DNA from: Octopus vulgaris
Lineage: Eukaryota
NCBI GenBank assembly: GCA_951406725.2
Contig: OX597831.1
Span: 69,626,001 to 69,690,000, forward strand
Direction: 5' to 3'
DNA length: 64,000 bases
Positions 12,095 to 24,775 of the stretch are shown here, piece after piece. The notes under the pieces were generated by a model. The model saw only the letters and a list, made by a program, of their open reading frames with translations. It had not been told where the DNA came from and made no database searches. A program made the position numbers and the translations under genes. The stretch's first letter is position 1, and every line of letters begins with the position of its first letter.

Positions 12095-12498
12095 AGACCC
12101 CTGTTTCTCCCTCTTTGTCTCCCTGTCACACACTAACCTTTCATCATCTGACACAAGATCTCCTCATCCAATACCTCCACCTCTCTCAAAATTCCTTATC
12201 TTGCAAGTTACTTGGTGACCCTGCTGGTGCTGGTACCATGTAAAAAGCATGCAGTCCACACTGTAAAATGGTTGGCATTTGGAAGGGCATTCAACTGTAA
12301 AAATCATGCCAAAACTGGCCTCACTTGTGTTAGTGTCACATAAAAAGCATTGAGTCCACTTAGTAGTAGTGACTGGTGTTAGGAAGGGTATCCAGCCATA
12401 AAATCACTGCTAAAACAGACACAGTAGCCTGGGGTAGTCTTCTACCTGGCAGGCTCCAGTCAACTGTTACCCATGCATGCATGGAAGATGGATGTTAA

Positions 12499-12533
<35 letters not shown>
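12095..12533 (+). mobile_element. Family D repeat (RTE-type 3' tail ending in (GAT)n), with internal duplication
   Basis: Two copies of gg..tt.ggaaggg.at.ca.c..taaaa; ends acccatgcatgcatggaagatggatgttaaatgatgatgat. Confidence 0.75.
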
Positions 12534-13209
12534 AATCAATGGAAAAATTAGTGAATTAGCAAAAAAATAAATGAAACCAAAATAAATAAGTAAAGTTAGC
12601 TGAGGGAAAAGAAGATAGAAAAAGAAGAGTACAAAAGGGAGTTTAAGGGAGAGAAGGGGAGAGAAGAAGTGTATTGTGATGGTCAGTATTTTGATTCAGT
12701 TCTTGAGGAGGAGACAGTGAGTTGGAGACAGTGTGAGTGAGTTTTGACCCTGTGCTTAATAACGCCTTGTCGATAAATGACAAAAAGCAATATGGCTGAA
12801 GATCAACAATGATAAATTGATATACTTTGGTACAGAAGTATAAGTTCAAAAAGACATGGAGACATGAAGACATGTACTGGTGACATACGCACAAAACCTA
12901 CACTCAAACATACATAATATATAAACATATACATATATAGATACATACACATAAATATGCATATACTCATACAAGTACATATTCACATATAAATATACAT
13001 ACACATATATGTATGTATGTATAATGAAGATGTGTTGCAAATGAATGAGTGGAAGAAAAGATTTTGCTTCTGTAATCAGTTGTGACCCAAGTCTGACCCC
13101 AAAAGATTATCAGTCATAGTTTGCTCCCATAAATTTCCAAGTGCAAAAGGGGAGAACAATAGGAAGAAAACTTGTAGGAAAATACAGATTTGGTTTTGAC
13201 ACAAGATTT

Positions 13210-13246
<37 letters not shown>

Positions 13247-13542
13247 GGAGGCACAATGGCCCAGTGGTTAGGGCAGCAGACTCGCGGTCGTAGGATCAGA
13301 GTTTCGATTCCCAGACTGGGCATTGTGAGTGTTTATTGAGTGAAAACACCTAAAGCTCCATGAGGCTCCGGCAGGGGTTGGTGGTCATCCCTGCTGTACT
13401 CTTTCACCACAACTTTCTCTCACTATTTCTTCTGTTGGCCTGCTCGCTTAGCCAGCGGGGTGGCGTCATTGAAGGCTAAAACAATGTGAAGCGCATTGTG
13501 ACCAGCGATGTGTAGCAACATCTGATGTCCTGGTTAGTCACG
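13247..13542 (+). mobile_element. tRNA-derived SINE, family E
   Basis: A-box tggcccagtggttag and B-box gtttcgattccc in a tRNA-like head, followed by a CpG-rich body; inserted after (TG)n. Confidence 0.8.
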
Positions 13543-13979
13543 AATATATATAGATGTATTCATTATACTGTTCTCCACCCACTAGGGAGCAGTGCAGAAT
13601 TATGCCGAAACAATTAAAGGAATAGATTTCTTCATTCTGAATGTATCGCTCAAACTACTACTTGGATTTACCTTGGATTATATACTTAAGGAGGTATACC
13701 TGCACAGAAATATGGATAAACCTCCATACCCTCCAGACCAAAATGATCTCTGTTTATTCTTCTATCTAGTGTGAAGTCTCTGTCTGGAACTTTTCTGCAT
13801 ACACACCTTGTCCCAGTGTATGAGGGTGTTGACTCATTACTGGGGTTATCCCCAAATCAACTGTTTGACATTATTTACGTCTACTTCTCCTCTTTTGACT
13901 CACCTTTACTCTAATTATATACTTTAAATGACCTGCCTTGGTTTTGTTTTCTTTCCCATTAACACACATACATACACAC

Positions 13980-14056
13980 ATGTATGTATGTATGTATGTA
14001 TGTATGTATGTATGTATGTATGTATGTATGTATGTATGTGTGTGTGTATGTATGTA
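13980..14056. repeat. (TATG)n microsatellite
   Basis: Direct inspection. Confidence 0.95.
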
Positions 14057-14076
14057 TCATAAAGTATTTGCTGTTA

Positions 14077-14997
14077 CAGGTGGGGTGGTGCAGCTTTTGG
14101 CTACTTTTACATGGTGTTCAGACTAGATATGACAGTTTGCATAAAAGGAAAGCACAATAGTTCATCTAATAGTAAATTATTTAAAAAAAAAAAACATAGC
14201 TTCTAGATAATTGCTGGCAGATAGTAGTCTACTCAAAGTAACCACCCCCAGCTTCTACAATGGCCACAAGACAGCTTCAAAACCTGGCACATGTATTCCT
14301 TACTGTATCTGTGGGAAAATTTTACAGCATCTCTTTGATTTTGGTCAACAGCTTGGACTTTGTGCTGCAGGTGAAGTGGTTGGTGCCTTTCACAACTACA
14401 TTTCACATATATTTTGAGAGAATTTGGAGACAAGAATTTGGGCTTGGTAAAGTCATAGAAATTTTCTAACAACCACTTCTAACTCTTCCCAAAGGTATGG
14501 CAAGAAACCAAATCCTACTGCTACTCATACGACCTTCTAGTAGCAACCATCTTCAGCCAGGGATTGACCAGTCTCCAGCAGCTTCACACCTGTATTTATG
14601 CACCAGTGTTAATTAATGTATTTGCTGTCTGAATTGAATCTAAGGCCCTGTTCAAAGGTGTGGGGATGAATCCTGGTATGCTGACACAGTCACAACGCCT
14701 GCTGTGTCCCTTCCTGCTAGCCACAACATTACAGTTGTCCATGTCACATCTTACAACTTTTACAGTGTTTACACAACATTGAGCAGCAGCCATGCTATTG
14801 GCATTTCGATCTGCAGCATCAAACATCCTGATACAGGCAACTCTTTTCCAATATTCAGGTGGTTTCTATTCCTCCACATCAGGTAACTTTTCTCAACTAC
14901 AACTTTAATCTTTATGCTTTCCAACAGATACATGAAGCTGTTCCTGAAAAAAAGGATGCAAAAAAAACATTGTCAAATCTCTAGCCAGAACACTCTG
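14077..14997 (-). mobile_element. Internally deleted Tc1/mariner-superfamily DNA transposon remnant
   Basis: Minus-strand remnants: N-term KPPEYWKRVA..RKGHSRRCD; catalytic region GLRFNSD, PWLKMVATRRSYE*.QDLVSCHT, WLLENFYDFTKPKFLSPNS (cf. WPPNSPD); C-term TVRNTCARF*SCLVAIVEAGGGYFE*; ends TA|CAG...CTG|TA. Confidence 0.8.
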
Positions 14998-15259
14998 TAT
15001 ATTACAACTTCAGTCTGAGATTATCTTTATTTCTGAGTGTGCATCAGAAGATTTTTAAAGTAAATGTTTTAGCTAGATATCATAGGGCTGTTAGCAAATT
15101 ATTATTAACAAGGCAAATTTATAACTCTTTTTGGATATGCAGTGCTCATTGGTCTGTATGTATTTTTTTATATAAGTGCACTTTTCTTTTTATTTCAATC
15201 CCTCTCCCTAAAAATGGTGGTTTTCTAAATAATAAGTCATTAATATTTAAAGTACATTA

Positions 15260-15470
15260 AGGTGGCAAGGTGGCAAAAGTGCTATCATGCTGGGCAAGAT
15301 GCCTAGCAGCATGGTCTTTATGGTCTGAGTTCAAATTCTGCTGAGGCCAACTTTGTCTTTCATCCTTTCAGGGCTGAGGAGACAAGTGCCAGATAAGCTT
15401 TGGGGGTCAATGTTATCGACTGGCTCTGCCCCACAAAAATGCTGGCCTTGTGCCAAAATCTGAAACCAAT
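15260..15470 (+). mobile_element. SINE family B copy (old)
   Basis: ggtggcaaggtggcaaa...ctgagttcaaattctgctgaggccaactttgtctttcatcctttcaggg...ggccttgtgccaaaat. Confidence 0.75.
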
Positions 15471-15849
15471 ATTTCAGTGACATTATTTGACAAGATACAC
15501 ATGCAGAATGTTTTAGAATAATTTTGAATATTTTCGCTATTTCACATACTGACCGAATTTTTAGAACATATTTTGAGTATCTCTGTTCAAATAATGTTCA
15601 ACCATTACTAACCAAATAAATAAAGCAGAAATAATTAAAGACCATAGAGAAGAGGTTTGGTATGAAACAACTGCCCATAAATGTTCATTGCAATTTTATG
15701 ATAGGCTTACAATGTTGCAGAGAGCTAGATTTTACAAATGTACTAGTTGCATATTTTTTCAACAAACAATTATATGAGTTTACATTTATTAGAAAATTTG
15801 ACTGGAATATTTCATAAGTACTACTTGTTTCAAAGATGCACACATACCA

Positions 15850-16320
15850 TATATCACATAACCACAGAACAATTCTTTTTACAGTTGCAATTTTAGTTTG
15901 TTTGCCCAATATCTTATTGCAAAATAGCATAATAATGATATTTTGATGACATATTCGGTAACAGCAGGGTATGTTTCTTGTTCTTTGTAGAAGAACAAGA
16001 ATACACCACACCAATATCCCATAACTGAGATGGTGTGTATCTTGAAAGCTATACAATTTTGTTTATTCATATAATCTTTGTAGTCACTTCTTGACCTCAA
16101 GTTTCAAAAGCATATTCTATGATTTATTGCTTATTATTCTTAGTGTGACTACATCTCCATTGGTATTAGTATCTGTTTCAAGTTTATATTATCCAAAACT
16201 ATGGCTAACACTTTCTTGGCATGCAGTATTTTTCTCCTAAAATGAAGATCATATCGTTTGTTCAAAGTCATCAAGAATATCCTTAGATTCAGGGAACGTC
16301 TTGAAAAATACATTCTAACA
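15850..16320 (-). mobile_element. Possible highly decayed hAT transposase C-terminal (dimerisation) region
   Basis: FLFFYKEQETYPAVTEYVIKISLL resembles the hAT FW...YP.L...A.K.L motif; many stops. Confidence 0.35.
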
Positions 16321-16834
16321 TATAACAAGCTTCACTCCTCTCTTTTAAAGCAATCTTCAATTTATTGATTTTTTTTTATTTGCTGTATGTTTAAGACACC
16401 CTACTATGTTGAGAAATTCTTTTTAATAATCTTAAGCCTCCAACCTTCTGTTTACCTCTGATATAGAGTTTATTAATATCATCATGCCTATAGAAGTGGA
16501 TATGTCCATACACTATATCAGATTCAGGATGTGATTAACAACTGATCCTGTTAAAGAACAGTGGTCACTCTAGTAATAGTAAAACAAACAGAAAATTTGT
16601 GAGGCAGTGATTGAAGTAGTTTCATATTTGATTATTTGTCAGTTCACTGATTGATCTTTCAGAAGTAGTATAGGATGTCAGTATAGCAGAAATTTTTTAA
16701 ACAGTATTCCAAAATATATTGCTCTTGAGATCTATGGAGGATCATAATCATAAAGGCTGAAAATAAAGTTATTGTGATAGAGTTTTGTGAATTCTCTCTC
16801 TCTCTCTCTCTTTCTGATCATTATTTTACAGTTC

Positions 16835-17001
16835 ACTACACTCTCAGAGTGGTTGGCGTTAGGAAGGGCATCCAGCTGTAGAAACTCTGCCAGATCAAGA
16901 TTGGAGCCTAGTGCAGCCATCTGGTTCGCCAGTCTTCAGTCAAATCGTCCAACCCATGCTAGCATGGAAAGTGGACGTTAAATGATGATGATGATGATGA
17001 T
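16835..17001 (+). mobile_element. Family D repeat, 3' end
   Basis: gagtggttggcgttaggaagggcatccagctgtagaaac...ccaacccatgctagcatggaaagtggacgttaaatgatgatgat. Confidence 0.85.
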
Positions 17002-17967
17002 TTCATTTTGATTAGGTTCCTATTGCTGCATACCCATTCAAACTTCAGCTGATTTACTTTGTGTACTGCATGGTTTTAAGGCAACTCACAACCATACTCT
17101 CAACAAGACATGACATTGAATGTCCTCAACAAAATATTTACAAGTTCACACTTTACAGAATGTACTGGGTGCATTTTTTATGAGACTAGCACTAGAGAGA
17201 TAACCATGTCATTTGTTCAACTAAAAACACCACACAACCTCATGTTTCTGCTCACTCATATGCCTTTTTACAGAGTTAGAGGTATGAGAGCAATATATTC
17301 ATGAATATTAGTGATGAGAGGGTTATGGGAATGTAGGATGACTGATATGAAGTACTCAATATTCTGAGATAAGTACCAATATTCAATGCAATATGGTGGC
17401 CAAGCAACAAAGACAAGGGTGAAAGAGTGCAATATATGGCAAAAAAAAAAAAAAATAGAGAAGCACTGGTGTTCTTAGTTTAAACTAACGGTATAATGCA
17501 GAAAAGAGGAGTGGATAAGTGAGAGATGTAATAAGAGCATGAGCAAGAAAGATGAAATAGAGTTGAAAGGGTGATAGGTGATAATGGTATGGACAAAAGA
17601 GAGAGGTAAGTGATAAAGCTATTTGATGCAAGGGACAAGATAGCTACAGGGATGAGTGATATAGGAGATAGAGGCAATCAAAGAGGTCAATAATGTAGAC
17701 TAGACATCAGGTAAACACAAACAGACAAATACATTAACACTGGTACGTAAATATAGATTATTCAGTTGTGGTGATCAGTGGTTGAGAAATTTGTTGTTTT
17801 CTACTACACTGAAGAAAAACGATTTGTTATATATTACCACAGGCCATTAATCACAATCTAAAAAGAATTAGTCCAAAATTTCAAAGTTTTTGAATTTTTA
17901 TTGAATTCCATCAAATCTCATAAATGTTATTCTCTTCTTCATAACTATATAGATACATACATGATTT

Positions 17968-17988
17968 GTATGTATGTATGTATGTATG

Positions 17989-18022
<34 letters not shown>

Positions 18023-18128
18023 TGTATGTATGTATGTATGTGTGTATGTATGTGTATGTATGTATGTATGTATGTATGTATGTATGTATGTATGTATGTA
18101 TGTATGTATGTATGTATGTATGTATGTA
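17968..18128. repeat. (TATG)n microsatellite
   Basis: Direct inspection. Confidence 0.95.
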
Positions 18129-18195
18129 TTTGTGTATATGTATATATACATGCATGTGTGCGTATACATACATATGCAGGGATATATATATATAT

Positions 18196-18254
18196 AACTT
18201 CTATTTCAGTGGTTTTCCTCACATTTTAGTACACACGCACACACACACACAGAC

Positions 18255-18299
<45 letters not shown>

Positions 18300-18331
18300 A
18301 AAATGTGAGGAAAACTACTGAAATAGAAGTT
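18196..18331. repeat. Near-perfect palindrome with (CA)n-(TA)n-(TG)n centre
   Basis: aacttctatttcagtggttttcctcacattttagtac vs gtactaaaatgtgaggaaaactactgaaatagaagtt. Confidence 0.9.
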
Positions 18332-18664
18332 TGAATATACATATATTCATTTATATATGTCTCAGACTAAACAGTACGTTATAAATAAAATTTGATGGAT
18401 GGAAACATACTGGATACTTTTTTACACACACACACACACACACATGCATGCATGCATACATACACACGCACATTTTGTAAATATGTGTGTAAAAATAGAA
18501 AGGCCACTACTACTGTTAAGTTTAGAGCTCCATGTAGATTATCATCATCAAGTTTGCTTCCAGTATAATGGTTAAACAACTACTATACTTAATAGCATTA
18601 CTAGTTATGATATACAGAACATGTTTAGGAGAAATTATGCTAAACACATGTTTATATTATTAGT

Positions 18665-18763
18665 TCCTACATATGTTTCGCCATCCTCGTTTTTTTTTTT
18701 GTAAAATCTGCATTGGATGTTCCCTAGTGCAATTAGATGCTTAACCAAATGAATAATCAGGGG
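18665..18763 (-). ncRNA. Degenerate type I hammerhead motif
   Basis: Minus strand: tcc-CTGATTA (G8 mutated)-...hairpin tgcactag..caatgca...-GAAA-catatg-TA-gga. Confidence 0.45.
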
Positions 18764-19269
18764 ATATTTTATTGCACTATGTCACAGAGAACTAATGAGA
18801 CAAACAAGCAAATACTACAGAGTCAAACAAGTGAAAGCACATATCTGAAAAAGTGTAGATATATAAAGCAAGAAAAACAACAATCAAAGCAGGGAAGAAT
18901 GAAATTAAATATACCATAGGAACACATGCACATACACAAAATCCAATATCATGAGTCCCCCATCCCACTGATACCTTCCCTTCCTCACTAATTCTCTCTG
19001 TGTTTCTTTCCCCTTTATTCTTCTCTTTATTTTATTTTAAACTTTTTCTCCTCCCTTTTCAATCTTCCGAATTTTTCCATCCTGCATTCCACTCTTGTCC
19101 ATCTCACCACTTAGCTTTAGTGTGCCCCAGGTTGTGCATGATGGTATCTATAAAGAAGCCCACCGTATATATATATATATATATAGATATATATATAGAT
19201 ATATATAGATATATATACATATATAGATCAAACTTACTTGGAAAAGGATGCGTGGCATTCGATGTTATT

Positions 19270-19313
<44 letters not shown>

Positions 19314-19630
19314 ATATGTATGTATTTATATATGTTTGTGTGCCTGTGTTTGTCCCCCCAACATTGCCTGACAACCGATGCTAGTGTGTTTATGTCCCTG
19401 TAACTTATGTAACAAATGACTGAAATGAGTAAAACAAAACAAAAGAAAGAATATATATATATATATATATACACATATATATATATTTGTGTGTACATAC
19501 ATACATATCTATATTTTTATTTATATATATAAAACACATCATACACACACTCACACACACACACACACACACATACACACATATTTTATTAATGAGTGAG
19601 ACGGGAGATGGAAGATATGAGAATGTTTAT

Positions 19631-19740
19631 TAATCACTACAATTGTTTCGACCCATCATGCATCAATCCCTCACAGATGGGATACTTACCAACTGGTTTA
19701 GGAGTATCCATTTGTGTAGATGCACCTCTTCAGGTGATTA
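19631..19740 (-). ncRNA. Type I hammerhead ribozyme with intact core and extended stem II
   Basis: Minus strand: taatcac-CTGAAGA-G...C-GAAA-caattg-TA-gtgatta; 7-bp helix I, palindromic helix III, long stem II (tgcatc..cacaaatggatact/agtatcccatctgtg..gatgca). Confidence 0.85.
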
Positions 19741-22526
19741 CAAGATGTTTCTCATTAAAATAATGACTGTTCCGCAAGATGTCTTCTTGCTTTGTGTATA
19801 GAAAAGCAACGAGTTAAGAGATACAGTTTCATTTTTATACACATATACACACATTTACATGTATGTATATATGTGAAATGTGTGTGTGTGTGTGTGTTTA
19901 TGCATGCATTTATGAGTGTGTACACATTTCCTTTCCTACTATATGCATGAATAAAATTCATTGCAAAAAGTTCTGAAAAAAATATACAATTGAATTATCC
20001 ATCTAACCTATTGTTAAATAACAAAATAACTGAATAAAACTATTGTTTTACAATCAGAAGGAAAAATAAAAGCAGCTAATAATGAAATAGTTTGGAGCAA
20101 ATCACTGTGTGCCCTTTGGATGAAATGAAAACTTAACAAAAAAAATTATCTTTTCATCTATGTCTGTAAATATTTATGTATTTAAATATGAAAACAATAA
20201 TCTTATTTCAGAATAGTTCTCTAAGGAAAACCAAAAAGTAAAATATATAAATAGCCCATTTCTTTTAGTAGCTTTTTTTTCTTCTAAAGGATATTTTATT
20301 TTTTTCAAAGGCAAAAACACTACCAAACTATTGTTTGCTGTTTGGAGATAATCCTCAAGAGTTTGAAAATATTTTTAAAGAATACTTTAAATGAAGACTT
20401 TTCTTTAATATTCTTTAATGGAATTATTTCAAAATTGTATTATCACATACAAAAAAAAAAAAAATGAATATAATTCATTCCATGATTCCCATCTTACAAA
20501 TGTTTTAGTCCTCTGGTTTTGATAGATGTGAACTAATCTTCCTTTATGCATAATTTAGGCATTTTTACTTGTATGCATTATCTTTTCTTCTAGAAAATGC
20601 CAATGAATAAACATTTCACTTTTTATGTCACACACTTTATTTTCTTAAAAATATTCTTTGCATTATTATTTTCACAATTATCAATATAATTTCCTTTTTC
20701 TTTTTTCAATTTTTTGCCTCTCTGAAAATATTCTTGGAATAGGTAAGTCCACATAATTTAAATATTTTTCAATTGATCCTGTATGACTGTAATATTCTAC
20801 TATTTTCAGATTCATTGTTGCTATGAAGAGTTTATTTAATTAATAAAATTTCTTCTTAAAATTTCGCTAACTATTATAGTTTTATTTTAATAAATTTGAT
20901 TTATTTGGATTTTGAAAAAAAAAAATGAAGACTAATTTATTTTAAAATGTGGAGAATTAATTTTAATCTATTCTATAAAAGATTTATTGTGTTTTAATGC
21001 AATAGTATTTCAATTATATGCTAATATTGATCTTTAAGTATTCTGGGTATCTTTTATCAAATGCCAAGAAAGCCAATATAAAATGAAAATGACATTAAAC
21101 TGCTCAGGTTTTTCAGTATATCATGTATATTATCTGCTGTAAATATATCATGTTTTTTTTTCAGTTTATGATAATCTTCATATTGACTTATGCATAGGTC
21201 ACATTTGAGATAATATTTTATCAGTTAAAGGTTGGAGTTTTGACAAAATGTGTGCATAAAATCAGCTTTGCATGCTTCCTTAATAATCCTTAAAAAAAAA
21301 GCTCATATTTTGTTCATGTATATTAATATTTTCCTGAAGTGTGGCAAACATTACTATACCAGATCCTCAATATAGATTCAACCTTTTGTTGATATCATTC
21401 TAACTTTTGTTGAGACTACATTTGATTATGCTACTGATACTTGGTGGTGAAAGCACAGAGATCAAAATGTCCTTGTGATACATTTTTATCAAATTGTGTA
21501 AACCCTGTGCTTATCAAAAAAAAAAAAAAAAAGGCAATACTGTTTTAGTTGCAGATTTGCACCTTGAATTAAAGTTCTATTTTATCGTTGATAATGTCCA
21601 ACATATTTTGTATGTCATATAGCTTACCAAATTTTGTGAAACACAAAATTACATTTTACAATTTTTGAATTTTAATCAGTGAAATTCTTAAATAAACTGA
21701 TGTTTTCATATTGAGAAATGGAACAATTGACCAAGGTTTTTCTTTGCTGTGTATTCTGCGATGACAAATATATTTTATGTATGGTATGTTCAGTAGTAAT
21801 TTCATATGTAAATAACTGCGTCAAGTCCTTGATAGAGTTTCTTTGCATTATGTTTCAACTATGATCCCTTACTTTGCTCACTTCACCTCACTTATCTTAG
21901 CACATGCTACTTTATTCCATACAGAAAATCTTGGATTATTCGGAAGTTATTCACCTTTATCAAATTGCAGATGTAAAAGGAATGATCTCTTGTGAAACCT
22001 GTCAGTTTCTTTGAAATTAACAATTGTTGTACTTTCATTTAGAATAGTTTTGAGATTAGCATTCTTCAATATTACTTATGGATTTCCCATGAATTATATT
22101 TCCCCATTCTTTTCTGGATATTTCTTTAAAGTAACCACTATAAGAAAATTATATTCTCTGTCTCTTATCTTCACCTGATAAATGTGATACAGAGAATTAT
22201 TATCACAAAGTAGACGACAGCTTTTTCTGAATTATAGTGGTTATACTATGAAGAAACAAGTCTCTTTTCAATTTTGCCTCAATGCATGGCTACAATGTTG
22301 ATGAATGTCTTTCCATGTATACAGTTAAACTATCACTTACACAACAGTGGGTAGTCAGAAAACTGCATTTTTTCATTGAATTCCTTACTTCTTAATACTG
22401 TAATACCCTACAATAACACAACTTAGAAACATACAAATGTAAGCATGAGCACACACACACTTCACACGCATACAAACACAGACACATTATCACTTCTTTG
22501 TTAATTTCCTCATGTACTATTTCATA

Positions 22527-22760
22527 GCAGCGAGCTGGCAGAAACGTTAGCACACTGGGCGAAATGCGTAGCCGTATTTCGTCTGCCATTACGTTCTGAG
22601 TTCAAATTTTGTTGAGGTCGACTTTGCCTTTCATCCTTTCGGGGTCGATAAATTAAGTACCAGTTACGCACTGAGGTCGATATAATTGACTTAATCCCTT
22701 TGTCTGTCCTTGTTTGTCCTCTCTGTGTTTAGCCCCTTGTGGGTAGTAAAGAAATAGGTA
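22527..22760 (+). mobile_element. SINE family A (young)
   Basis: Full-length match to 10921-11150. Confidence 0.93.
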
Positions 22761-23229
22761 TCCATTTGGTGATGAGTGTATTCTCCTGAAAAGCCTAATG
22801 TGGGCTGGAACATTGTGCATTTACTATTACCCCCTGACCAAAGATCCAAGTTAGCAGATTCATTGTAAATATTGACCAAAACAACTGAGAACTTTACTTT
22901 GTGGTTAGTTCATTAAATATTGCATTCTTCATTTATTAATGTTTCATACATTAAATATGCCCACACCCACTGGACTAATGCTTATCATGTGTATGAATCA
23001 TGAGAAATATTTAATTTCTGGATTAGTTCTATTTTTCTGCATCAATAAATATGTTTCTCTGTATATTTAGATTTTGATGTCAATGTCAGAGCTTGGGTGT
23101 GGCCAGTGCACTTTTGAAATTGGTAGCTCCAATTATTATCAATATTATTGTTGAATAAATTATTGAAATAAATATCCTAGTTATTTATTTCAATAAATAT
23201 CTAAGATATATCAATAATCTATATGTATG

Positions 23230-23262
<33 letters not shown>

Positions 23263-23678
23263 GTATGTATGTACATATTAATATATATATATATATATAT
23301 ATATATAGCATATATGTGTGTGTGTGTGTGTGTGTATGCATGTAGTGCTTATGTGCTCATGCCATATATGTGTGCACATGAGATATAAATATATTTATAT
23401 CAATATATACATGAAGGCTTATATTAGGATGAATGTTCTACTGTAAATGACTTCATCGTATATGATCAAGTGTTCACTGAGGACTTTATCTTTATCTTTC
23501 CCTCTCTCTCTATACCCCCTCCCACACACAGCTGTGTAGATGTTTAGAATTTATGGTACATGTAGATGTCATTTAAAGCATTAAGTATATATGTATATGT
23601 GGAGGGTATGCATGAATGTATGTGTATATATAAGTGTTTCCAGTCTTGGCCCATACCTGAGAGTGAAGAAGACAGTCT

Positions 23679-23950
23679 TCATCATCATCATCATCATCGT
23701 TTAGCTACACCAGGCCCAGCCTAATCTGGCAATATTTCTATGGCTGGAAGCCCTTCCTAATGCCAACCACTCCGTGAGTGTAGTGGGTGCTTTTTACATG
23801 CCACTGGCACAGGTGCCAGACAAGGCTGGCAAACGGCCATGATCAGATGGTGCTTTTTATGTGCCAATGGCATGGAGGCCAGGTGAGTCTAACAACGGCC
23901 ACGATCGGATGGTGCTTCTTACGTGCCACCTGCACGGAAGCCAATCAGGG
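23679..23950 (-). mobile_element. Family D repeat with tandem subrepeats
   Basis: (CAT)n, gcccttcctaatgccaaccactcc, and three copies of ggtgcttttta.gtgcca. Confidence 0.8.
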
Positions 23951-24544
23951 CCATTCTTGTTGCAGAATATTTTTCTAACTTGCAAATCAACGTGACAATA
24001 TCCTTTTCACTCTATCTTCCTCATTCCCAGATGGAGAACAGAAGCAAAAAATAAAATCCTTCATCGTTTAAAGCAAATAAATTTATGAAACGGTTCAAGG
24101 AACATTTCAGCAGATTGATTATTATTGATTGAGACCAGTTTCTCGGCTTTGTCCTTTATGGGGCACTGCCTGTTTTCAATAGCGTATAAAAGTATCTCTT
24201 TGTTCTTGTTTTTATTTTGATTTGAAATTAATATCTAAAGATTTTACTGAGCAAGTTGTGACTCAACTTGAAGCATATGAGAAAACTTTGTGTAGATTTT
24301 AAATTCATATTTGTCTAATAAAGGGGCAAGAATGCTACATTTTCACTTTTTCAATGACAGTCACTGAAAGATGTAAGCAAATGTACTGAGTACATATTTG
24401 TGTGTTTGTGTGGTTGTATATAAGCTTTTTAATCTCTCCCTTTTTTCAGTCGATTTTCCTATTAATGTTCTATTTCAATTTTTCTATATATGTATCTGTG
24501 GTGACATGTGTACATATTTGTGAGGGCTTATATGTCCATGTATG

Positions 24545-24775
24545 TATTTCTTTACTACCCACAAGGGGCTAAACACAGAGGGGGCAAACAAGGACAGACA
24601 AAGAAATTAAGTCGATTACATCGACCCCAGTGCGTAACTGGTACTTAATTTATCGACCCCGAAAGGATGAAAGGCAAAGTCGACCTTGGTAGAATTTGAA
24701 CTCGGAACGTAACGACAGACGAAATACGGCTATGCATTTCACCTGGCATGCTAACGTTTCTGCCAGCTCGCCACC
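24545..24775 (-). mobile_element. SINE family A (young)
   Basis: Full length; atatgtccatgtatgt on both sides. Confidence 0.93.

Noticed and set aside
13247-13320. tRNA gene
   Set aside because: tRNA-like head with A/B boxes but no convincing cloverleaf; it continues into a SINE body. The same applies to the family A and C heads.
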